A stretch of DNA of 64,000 nucleotides, taken from positions 11,482,148-11,546,147 of the forward strand of contig NC_087247.1 in the NCBI RefSeq assembly GCF_037042905.1, in the 5' to 3' direction. Shown here one piece after another: positions 51,622 to 61,798 of the stretch (position 1 is the first letter of the stretch; each line of letters begins with the position of its first letter). This stretch comes from Lytechinus pictus (Eukaryota). The notes below the pieces were generated by a model. It was not told where the DNA came from. It did no database searches and was given only the letters and a program-made list of their open reading frames with translations. Both the position numbers and the translations under genes were made by a program.

Positions 51622-53367
51622 TGGCCCCTTCCACCCCCTGAACAACAACCCTAAGTTCGGCAGGCCCCCGAAAACAAACCCTGACCCCCTAGAATAAGCG
51701 AGCTACCCCCATCCTCCGACTGACTCATCGAAGTCCATTGTCAGAAATCCTCCATGAAAGAAAAAAGAATGAGAATAGTAGGAAATTAGGATTGTCCTTA
51801 TCCAAGGTCAAATATAGTTCCCTCAGGATATAACTCACCCTCGAACAATTTCACCTGATCACATTTCTATAAACCGACCGCCTTTGTAAATGACAGTTAA
51901 CTTCGTTAAACGGGTGTCCCCGGGGATGGCCGCATTTTTCCAAATGACGTAAATATTTGTAGCTGCAAGTTTCGATGCGATAAAATGATGAATCATTAAA
52001 TTGATATCAAATGGATTTCTTTTTTTTTATTTCTTTTCAGTGAACAATCTACTTATAAAACACTAAATTGCTTCATCGTTTAACATATTTAATGTAACAA
52101 AGTTTCTTTGTATAAACTTCTCCATTTAGATTCTGGGGCCGCCGCAGACTAATTTCGAAAGTTGTGGGGGGGGGGCTGACCATGTACTAAAACACAAGCA
52201 GAATGTATTTTATTTAAGGTTTTGTACGCATTGATTTTTTGAAAAAAGTTGGATCCCAGCAGTGGCGGTTTTACGGGGGGGGGGGGGGGCTTTGCGGCCC
52301 CCCCCAAAAAAAAAATATATATATTAGTACAGGTATTCACAATGTCACGATTATATAAATTCATTTATTTATCTATATTGTGTGTTTTTCATTTATTCAA
52401 TCTTTTTTTATATTTGATTCTACAGTGTTTTTTCTTCTACTTATTCACTTTTGAATTATTCATTTCCATGTAATTGTTATTGTTTATTTTATGGATTTAT
52501 CATCATTTATTCATCCATTGATTTATTTGAGTATTAATCTATTATATCAACTACTTAATAAAACAATCAACTGATTATTGCTTCAATATTAGACGTTTGT
52601 TTCGATTTAAGGTAAAACTTTTTTGCTCGTTCGCTTCTCTTGCAGCTTTTAAAAAAAATTGGCCCCCTACGCCATGCTGCCCCCTCCAATTTTGTTGGCT
52701 CGTTATGCTAGAGTTAAAGAGTGTACACTAGCTATTTTTCATTTAAAAAGCATGTTTATTTCCAGAAATATAATCCATCTTGACAAAGTATTGACCTTGA
52801 GATGTCATCTCATTAATATGATGAATAATGGCAGAACTCCTTGCATTCGAACCATCAGCGCCGCATCATTGCAGCTGGCCAGCGATGCATCTGTTACTCA
52901 CGCCCTTTCCGCCGCTGTGCAGCCCCATAGACACGTATCAAATCTGCTTTATCCATCAATTTGTGATTAAACTCGATTCAAATTTTCGTATTTCATTACT
53001 CAAATTTCAACACGCGATGATTTTTAGGACAAACTCTCAGAAAGAAAAACACTTTTGACTCGTTGAGAATGAAATAGATGAATGCTGCTATAATTGAATA
53101 AAAATCATGAAAATGAGGCATGTCACCATATTTTGAAAATTTTGAGGTGGCCAAACATGGTTTGAATAGCAAATTTCTATTTAAAAGTCACGAACGAGCG
53201 AAGCAAGCCTGCAAAAATAAATTACTTCTTGATAAACGAAAATTGGCAATGTTTAGGAAATAATATTATAGGCCCATTTCTCACGTTTTTTTCTTTCATT
53301 TTGTTTCTTTTTCTCATTTTGTCTTTGTGGTGAGAATGGGTGGGGTGGGGGGAGGCATGGCCATTAT

Positions 53368-53396
53368 TATCGTCATTATCATCATCATCATCTTCG

Positions 53397-53426
<30 letters not shown>
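53368..53426. repeat. (ATC)n trinucleotide microsatellite, followed by a G/C-tract element
   Basis: catcatcatc... run. Similar (CAT)n/(CAC)n runs are at 54736-54790, 55673-55725 and 56066-56085. Confidence 0.85.
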
Positions 53427-53428
<2 letters not shown>

Positions 53429-56400
53429 GCGCGTAGCCAGGGGGGCGGTGGGGGCGGTCGCCCCCCCCCCCCAAAAAAAAAACGTCCCCAAAAAGAAAAA
53501 AAAGAAGGGAAAAGAGAGGGGAAAAGGAAAAGCGAAGGAAGGAAAGGGAAGAAAGGTAGCTTTGTGGGTTTTTCTTTTTATTTATTTTATTTTCTCAAAA
53601 AAGAAACTCCTTCACTCTTGCTCTAAATTTATATATTTACGAATTTTGCTTCCGCGCTGCGCGCGGTTAAATGACAATATTGCAGTTCTCCTTTGTTTCC
53701 CTCACCCTTTCTCTAACCCTGTTTTTCCACCTCAGCTATATGTGTTTTTTGCCAGTTAAAGTTCAAATACATTCATTAGGGCATGAAATTAGAGTAAGGA
53801 TAGGCCGATATATATGAAGTTATCTTTGTTTTTTTTTAATAGATCGCGCAACTTCTGGTCGGGTCGTCTCCGGGCGGGTAAAATCTTTATATCAATTTCT
53901 GCCGTCACCTCCATATAGGCAACTTCTCCCGCTTTTCAGCTCATTACTAAACAACTATAATTTGTCATTTCCCTGCACATTCATCTCCTGTCCTGTTTTG
54001 CGCCCTCAGTTTGAAATTTTGAATGACACTTAAATTTCGTTATCATTCAAAATGAAGCGCATCAGGATAAGTCAAAGAAATTATACATTATCCTGTTTTA
54101 TATAATTACAATAAATCACAGAAGTTTCAATATTTGCGAACTATTTTCCTTGTAATGAAGTTCAATAATCTTAGAAAATCAATTGAATTAGAGCCGATGG
54201 GGGTATAAGAGATATCTGCATTTGATGAAACGTCCACCCTTTTAAATTTCAGTTTCATTGCTCTGCACGGGGAGGAATATCTTCCTCCCAGCATATATCC
54301 TTCTTCTCCTCTGTTTTGCGAGTTAAGATATGCACTGTCGCTAAATTGTTTGTAATCAAATCTGATCTTTCCGAGGGAAGTATTCAATATAACTTAGAGA
54401 ATACCCTTTTCTCGGGACCCTTTTCTTTGCGGGGTTGATATTATTTTATTTTCCTCCATTTTATCCCTTTTTGTGCGTTCACAGTCACTTTCGAAAACAA
54501 GGTTCAAAATCACAATAAAGTCAACTGAATTGGGGCTAATATAGGTCCTAGAGACAAGAGAGACGGCTCCTTTTCATTTTAATTTATGAAACACCGAAAG
54601 CTTCGCAAGGGAGGGGGAAACTCCCCCTCCCTGCACCCACCCCCTAGGGAGCGCGCTTCGCGCGCTCTGTAAGTGTTGGCACGCTTCGCGTGCATTTACC
54701 GCCCCCTCCAAAATGAAATCCTGGCTACGCGGTTGTCATCATCATCATCATCACCACCACCACCATCATCATCACCATCATGCCTCGGACAAATTTGCAG
54801 AGCTCTATCGGCGAAAAAAATAATAGGGGAATGGGGGCTGCGATAGAGGGACGATGAGAAAGAGGGAAAAAGAATGCAGTGCAGCTGTTAGAGGAGGGGG
54901 GGGGGGAGGAAGAGAAATTGGCACAAGACGAAGTTCCAAGAGGAGATCCAAAATTAAGGTTTTAATGGGTAGAGTGTGAAAAACGGTTTTTATAAGAAAA
55001 GACGATGTTTTTACAAATTGCAACCCGGACACGGCCTTGGGGATGGTAGAATGCTGGGATGCTTTCCCCATTATGTGAACATCATCTGTCATGATAGTTT
55101 AATAAGAAATCTGGAAATTCAATCAAGTAAATTGACAAGCTGACATGGTGAAGAAAGTCCTAGAACCATCCCACTCCTAGAACCATCCTACTCCCTACTC
55201 AAGTTCATGAACTCTCTCCGTGGAGCGTGATGAAGCGAGCCGTTTCATGGAAGAACCATTCCAACTTTTTTGGACATGCAATCGATCTCAAGCCTCAATA
55301 CAAGTTTTTGATGTTTTCCGTTGTCCGATAACTGATGGCTTCAGCAAAGGTTTCATTAAAACAGGCTCCAATGCTGCATAAAACAGTCCATAATACTAGT
55401 ACTAAGCAAGAAAATGCATATAATAGCAATATCTGAGCAAAAGTCGGCAAATAAAAAATCTCTTAGCAATATGATTTTTTTTTTGGCTTAAGATAGAAGC
55501 CATTTTGCTTATATGTGAGCAAAATGCTAGAATTTATGTTTAAGGAATTATCAGATGTCTGAATGGGAAACGTAAGCTTACTAATGAAGGAACCCCCCCC
55601 CCCCCACACACACACACACACTTTTTTGTTTTGTTCGGTGCAGACCCCAGGCACCCAAGTTTTTCACTGCTCATCATTATCATCATAACAACCACTCATC
55701 ATCATCACCATCATCACCGGTGCCATGACATTTGCTTTGGCGACAATTGCTCCATTGGAAAATCTGCACGTTGAGTCAAACCTAAAACCCAACATCATCA
55801 TCAGTCTAACCAATGAAAATTCATGACGACATGCCTAGAACTGTTTCACCGGAATAATGCAAATCTTTAAAATTCAATAACTCTGTTATTTGTTATCCGA
55901 TTTTGATCAAATTGTCAGCATTTTGCTCTGTGAATTTTACTCTATTTATTGAGATTTAAATATCTTCAGCCGAGAGCATCCCTTTAACCCGGGCCTTTAA
56001 CTCTAACCCTATGCCCGCTGAGATATCAAGACCGGAGCAATAGTTGCAGGAGCAGATGTCGTGTTGCCTCATCATCATCATCATAACAACTACATGTTAT
56101 CATTATTCAAATACACTTATTGTTATCAACTTATCCAACTACATTTTCACCAAACCTACAATATGTAAGTCCCCTCCCCTCAACCAGAACAATTTTACAA
56201 AGAAGAACACATTTTTTCTGATATTATTATCATTTTGTAAAGCTTTTATTTCATCAACAAGAGTGAAGTAAAAAATATAAAGATATACACAAAATATCTT
56301 TCTGCTAGACACACGACCAACTATGAAGAACATGTAAACTCGTACATGAACATCTCGATTAAATATGCAGCGACGTCAAAACAATTGTCAAAATCAGGAA

Positions 56401-58717
56401 GCGGACAGCAAAAAAACAACAACAAAAAACACAACAAAGCACATTTTGACAAATTAAGATTTACATATTTGAAAAATATTAAAGATGTTATTTCATTTGG
56501 CAAGTAGGATATTTGATAATGTACATAATAAATGTATATAAATATAGCTTTAAGATTATGCAAATTACTTCTGAATATATTGGACTTTAAAAATGACTAT
56601 TCTATCTTACCTGCATATCTATACTCTTTTGAGCTAAAGAACTTCTTGATAAAATAAATGTAACTTGAAAAGTAAATTTTATTGAAATCAAGTTCAATTC
56701 ACCAGCAAAACTGCATATACATTGCTTTACATTCACTGTGGTCCAATATGCTTTCTATGAATATAGTTTTTTAAGAGAGTCTAAAGAAAGTCCCATGACT
56801 TTTTCAAAATTATCATTTTTGAAATAAATTTTCTTCAAACTTTGTATATTTGAAATGTCGAACACAACTTATCATAAGACAGAGGGAATACATATTTTCT
56901 TGGTGACTCTTACATATCATAAAGCCGGGGACTGACCTGTCATTTTTCAGCCACAATTAAGTTTGAGGAATGTATATACACAACACTTGATATTAGTATC
57001 TTCTCTCAGACATCTCATCAGGAAGTCAGATTGATGAAATACAAGACAGCTTTACTATGAAATACATTTGTTTTGATTGCCATGAAAAATCTACACCAAA
57101 AATCCTCCTCAAGCAGAATTGGATAGCACAGAGCCAACCAAATTTGAGGGATTTTCTGAGGGAAAATACCCAGCATGTTAGATGCTCATATCGCAACTGA
57201 AATTAGGCTTTGCAAACAGGGGTTGGGTGATACAAGAAACAACAGATTTGAAGTCCACGTATTTCAATGAACAAGAATTTGGGCAAATACTTACATTGTA
57301 CATCATGAATCATAATGTATACTGTACAAAAACTATATATATACAACACACACACAGATACATTTGGTCTATAAAATTGTAAGCTCCTACGAGGCACTGG
57401 ATATAAACAAGATGAAAATTGCACAAGATATACATATATTTTTGCACCTTCATATCTAAAAAATACAATCAAATATGAAAGTCTTCATACATTAAATTTT
57501 GTAAATGAATGCTCCATGGGGCAAATAATAGTTATGCATGAAAAAGACCTTGCACATTTCTGGATGGGCGATTGCATGATAAATGATTGTAGTGCATGAA
57601 AACAGAAATCGGTGTGTGTAAAAATGAAAGAAATGTAACTGATGAAGCAAACTTACAGAACTCCCAAAGTAAGACAAAGACTGTCACTTTTTATTCTTCT
57701 GCATGAAAAAAAAATAAATTAGCAATCGCAAGGCACCATAACATGCCAGGATCATACACCAAACGGTGTATTGGGGAAAAAAAATGTGCCTCTTTGTTCA
57801 GCCTAGTTTACATACGCGTTCAAATTGCGCACATCGTCTACATCGATTGCATACTTACAAAATAGTACTGCTGTTTACTCATTTTTTTTCCTTCAGGGAC
57901 ACCATCAAATACATGTACATGTACGTAACCTCATTTTAGGTTCTTAATTCTTTAAGGACAGAGGTTCACTATCAGTAATGATTTCAAACTTATGCACATT
58001 ACTTCTTTGAGCACCTCGGGATGAGCATTTCTATATCTAAACTTATCTCGTCTAAATAAACCTTGACACTTTGACTCTATCCAACCTTGAAGAAAAATAA
58101 AACTAATTGCTGTGTATTTGTTGAGAGTGATGACTTCCATGTCGATTAGGAGGTTGTTGGTGATAAAACCCAGCAGCATGAAAAACCGACCCAGTAATAT
58201 CCATTTCAATTAATCATAAACTTTGAGAATACTTTCAGGAAATACTTGATAATAAATGGAAATGATTGTGAACTCTACATGCATATGAGCACCCTAAGTG
58301 CACGATTTCTTTTTACTTCTTCCAATTTGACATGAGATTCAAACACATTTTAAAATTAATAAATATATAAATCTGATATTTTTATAAATGGTCATCTGAA
58401 GCAGATCTTTCAAATGTGAAAGTCACTGGAGATAGATGATATGAAAAATAGAAACGATTGGTTAAAAATACCCTTCCATGGGCATAGGAATATAATGACA
58501 CAAAGGCACAAGAATAGCATTGTTGGTGAATTCAATGAAGTAAGTATTAAAAGCACTTGAGATTGAAAAACAGAAGAGACAATCTATCACAGACTGAAAG
58601 AAATGTCCACAGAGTCTGACTTTGGTTTTGTGTAATTCCACCATTTTTCAAAAATAACAAAAAACAGTGGGTAAAGGAAGCACAGTATGGCATATCTATT
58701 AGATTCAGAATCATACT

Positions 58718-59725
58718 TTACAATTCTAAGTTGGAATCGATGACATTTACAGTATCACTTGGCGCTTCTCCATGGAGTATCCTGCACATCTCTTTGCATG
58801 AGTCCACTGTCAAATCAGATAGATACTGACACTGAAGTTGGTCTGATAGAGTGAGTCCGGATTTGTTCTCGACGGATGTCTGCCCGAGCAAGGAATACAG
58901 GGCTATTTTGGTTACGACCTTTGCTTGCTCTGTCATGAGCCACTTTTCTAGTTCTTGGTTCAGTGCCTCGGCTGTGCTTGCATTATCAGTGAATACTGTT
59001 GATGGTGGGCCCCAGAGCAGGCACTGTAAGAGGGCGGCAGCCTGGTGGCAGGTGATCCTGTCCTGGGGATTCTTGGCGAGGAGTTTCGCAGCGATCGTGC
59101 GTAGATCAGCAGAGAGGGACGACTTGACGGGGATGTCGGGAAGGTCATCTGCAGTGTAGTCGGAGATGATCAAGCTCGTCCGGGTGGAGAAAGGGTTGGG
59201 TTGATGGAGGAATTCGTAGACCAGAATCCCTACATCAAACTCGTGGCATTTCTGCTCCAGCTTCGAAGCCACCTCCTTCTCGTCTGCCCTCGTTGGGGAT
59301 ACCACTTCTGCCCCCATCAGGTGGTTGATGACTAGACGGTGTCCTTTGCCGGGAAGTCCACTCTCTGTCAGCAAGAGGTGGTCGAGCTTCAGGCTCTCAA
59401 GGCACATGTGGCGCGACTGAAGCTGGCACAGTCCCTGACACAATTGCAGCAGCATCGAAGCAACATCCCGCTCGTAGACCTCAGGTAGATTTGCATGTTT
59501 CTCGATATTCTGCGAGACATACTCCGCAACGTTCCCCTTTGGTAAGTCATCAACGAAGACCAAGGCTGTCTCTATGGATGCACCTGATTGGGGAGAACTG
59601 CCCCTGGTTTTTCTTTGCTCAAGAAGTGAAGAATCAATGGTCACAGTGTCTCTGGTTGCATGGGACACAGATATAAGGTTGGGCTGAGATGTCATTGATT
59701 TGGTCAGTTCAGCCATCTGAAGCAC
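58718..59725 (-). CDS. Exon encoding the kinase-like (pseudokinase) domain plus a ~100-aa helical C-terminal extension; stop codon at 58718-58720
   Basis: 335-codon ORF. Recognisable protein-kinase C-lobe subdomains are present: a degenerate catalytic loop LQSRHMCLESLKLDHLLL in place of HRDLKPxN, RLVINHLMG in place of the DFG region, DVGILVYEFL (subdomain IX), and LLAKNPQDRITCHQAAALL (subdomain XI). Acceptor candidates (minus sense) are ctcag|gtgcttcag|atggct around plus 59717-59734. It is in phase 0 with the exon ending at 61046. The family assignment (PEAK1/PRAG1-like) rests on my recollection of motif patterns and is not verified. Confidence 0.65.
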   Translation of the reverse strand: MLQMAELTKSMTSQPNLISVSHATRDTVTIDSSLLEQRKTRGSSPQSGASIETALVFVDDLPKGNVAEYVSQNIEKHANLPEVYERDVASMLLQLCQGLCQLQSRHMCLESLKLDHLLLTESGLPGKGHRLVINHLMGAEVVSPTRADEKEVASKLEQKCHEFDVGILVYEFLHQPNPFSTRTSLIISDYTADDLPDIPVKSSLSADLRTIAAKLLAKNPQDRITCHQAAALLQCLLWGPPSTVFTDNASTAEALNQELEKWLMTEQAKVVTKIALYSLLGQTSVENKSGLTLSDQLQCQYLSDLTVDSCKEMCRILHGEAPSDTVNVIDSNLEL

Positions 59726-61045
59726 CTGAGTTGTCTTGCTTGGATCACAACATACCTAGATGCATCAAAAACATGAAAATGAAAAGGAAAATGAAGTTAA
59801 TGAGGTTTATGCCCTTCTTTCTAATTTCAGATAACTGTAGGACAAACTCATCACCTCTATACTCTCTGAAATAGAGAGAAAAAAAAAACCACGTAGATCC
59901 CTACAAGTAAGGTAAGGGCACAAGTTTCTGGATAAAAAAATTAATAAATACTGGCGTGCAAATACCAGATATTCAAAAAGGATACATTCTGGTGAAATAC
60001 TGATCTAAAACAGAAGCAAAGCAGAAGGGGAGCAAAACTATTTGTTCCTAGGTGAAATACCATTCAGAGAATAGATACTAAGTAACTAAAACATATATGA
60101 TTGATTGTATTTGTAAACAATATGATTCTGCAAGCACAAAAAATAACCTGACTCACACAGATATCAAATGATAATATGCACTTAGAAACTGTCATGCTGT
60201 TTTTGACAAACAAGTCGATAAACCTGACATGTAATTCCTCAGCTTGTAACTCCAAATCTCAAATTTCATACAAACAAAATGACATGTGGATGATATTTCA
60301 CACTGGGAGCACTAACAAGAGTACTTATCCAATTCATTTTCTTTCGGTATTTGACCATGATTTGGGTTTGATCAGCTGTAATGTGACCACAGAATCAATG
60401 CCTTGCTGACAAACCTGACCACAAGACTCAGACACGTCTGCTGATCCAAATGAATCAATTAATCTAATTAGCAGGACGGGATTGAATCCGGAAATTACTT
60501 AGTCATGGATATCTTTAGCAGATAGCATTTCAATCAACACATGCACCGAAATAGTAATATTTGCACAATCAATTGGCATCATGACAATATTTATTCCATA
60601 TCTTTTTTCCTGTGTCGGTAAAGAAGGTAATTTCTAGAGATGTACTTGCTTTTCATCTGTAAATTTTCACTGAACTACAACAGGAAAATTTAGTACTGAA
60701 AAATAAAACAACATCAAACAGTACATGATTCCCTCGTTATTTTTGTCGCTATTGCAGAGTTTAAGAAAAATGGTGTACTTATTAATAATAAATCTATAAA
60801 AGAAACCCAATGTGGTCAGGTATAGATAATATATCCACATCAATGAAGTTAACTTCAAAACTCAATGGATAAGATATCACCAAACATCATCAAGGCCAAC
60901 AAAATTATGAACCAAATTCTGAACAGTTAGGTCCATTACAGATTTATTCCATTCTTTTTTTGTAAACTCTTCTTTTTGAAGAAATCATAACTCCATTTAA
61001 GTTTTGATATATTGATATTTTCGAAAGAGACAAAAGTAGAGGCAG

Positions 61046-61798
61046 AGAGACTCACCAGTAAACCTGGAGAAGTGGAAGAGCTTGTTGGATGTGTTACATC
61101 AAAGAATGCAGCTCCTGCTGAACGACACTTAGGGTCTGTTGATGTGATCCGCTCCTTCCAGACCGAATCCCTACACCCTGCCCAGTCCAGTGAAATTGTT
61201 GGTATCGTCCTCGAGAGTTGTGTCAAGGCTTGAAGATGGACAGCATCAACATCATGAAGAAGATTACCCAGACTTGGCTGATTAAGGGATGAACTGTTGT
61301 GAGAATTCAAACTGCATTGAGCATCTGCATCTGCAAAGGATGTCTTTGATCTTTGAGAACTGTCCTCTACTTGGGTCCCTGCATCCTTGAGGACTTTGCC
61401 ATCCAGATCCGCTTGAGGAACCAAAGCCAGGTTTTTATAGTCGCTTCGCAGGACACTGGGAAGCGGGAACTGGGTGTCGATGGATTCATCTTCCGGAGCA
61501 ATGATTCGGACTGGACGCTTCGGGACAACCTTGCCATCGGCATCTACCCGCAGTGGTTCTGACTGTGTGCTCCGGAGAGCGGACTTCAGGGGCTGCGAGG
61601 AACTCAGTGGGATGTCCTCAAACAGCAGTTGCTTCGCACTGGTGGCCTGAACAACATCATCTTCTGTATCAGCATCAGGGGTTGGTTTATCAGGAGTCTT
61701 TGGGGCCATGCGCTTGACGCGAGATGGTAAGTCCTCAAAGCCTGTGGTCCTGTTCCGTTGTCTCCGCCTCGCTGGCTTCTGAGGGGCTATGTTCGCTC
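61046..61798 (-). CDS. Large exon encoding a low-complexity, disordered N-terminal region (S/P/D/Q-rich) of a pseudokinase gene; possible start Met at 61709
   Basis: Continuous 250+ codon ORF on the minus strand (RANIAPQKPARRRQRNRTTGFEDLPSRVKR-MAPKTPDKPTPDADTEDD...SPGLL). The 5' boundary is either an acceptor (ttgttatcatcccaatgcag|gt, minus sense, at plus ~61799) or the ATG at 61709-61707. The 3' boundary is a consensus donor ctg|gtgagt whose GT is at plus 61045-61044. It is in phase 0 with the downstream exon. Confidence 0.6.

Noticed and set aside
46900-53600. A CRISPR-like array or prokaryotic defence island suggested by the regularly recurring short motifs and repeats.
   Set aside because: The repeats are not uniformly spaced direct repeats with unique spacers. 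They are flanked by eukaryotic-type homopolymers and sit among MITEs. The whole window has spliced eukaryotic genes and no prokaryotic gene density.
53327-53759. ORFs encoding poly-Ile, poly-Ser and poly-Asp runs, and Gly/Lys-rich tails.
   Set aside because: They are translations of the (ATC)n microsatellite and the adjacent G/C/A homopolymers. They are not coding.
57952-58209. 85-aa minus-strand ORF directly downstream of the pseudokinase stop, as a possible additional coding exon.
   Set aside because: It has no kinase or helical-domain-like sequence, the region is AT-rich, and the upstream ORF already ends with an in-frame TAA after a plausible C-terminal domain. It is more likely 3' UTR.
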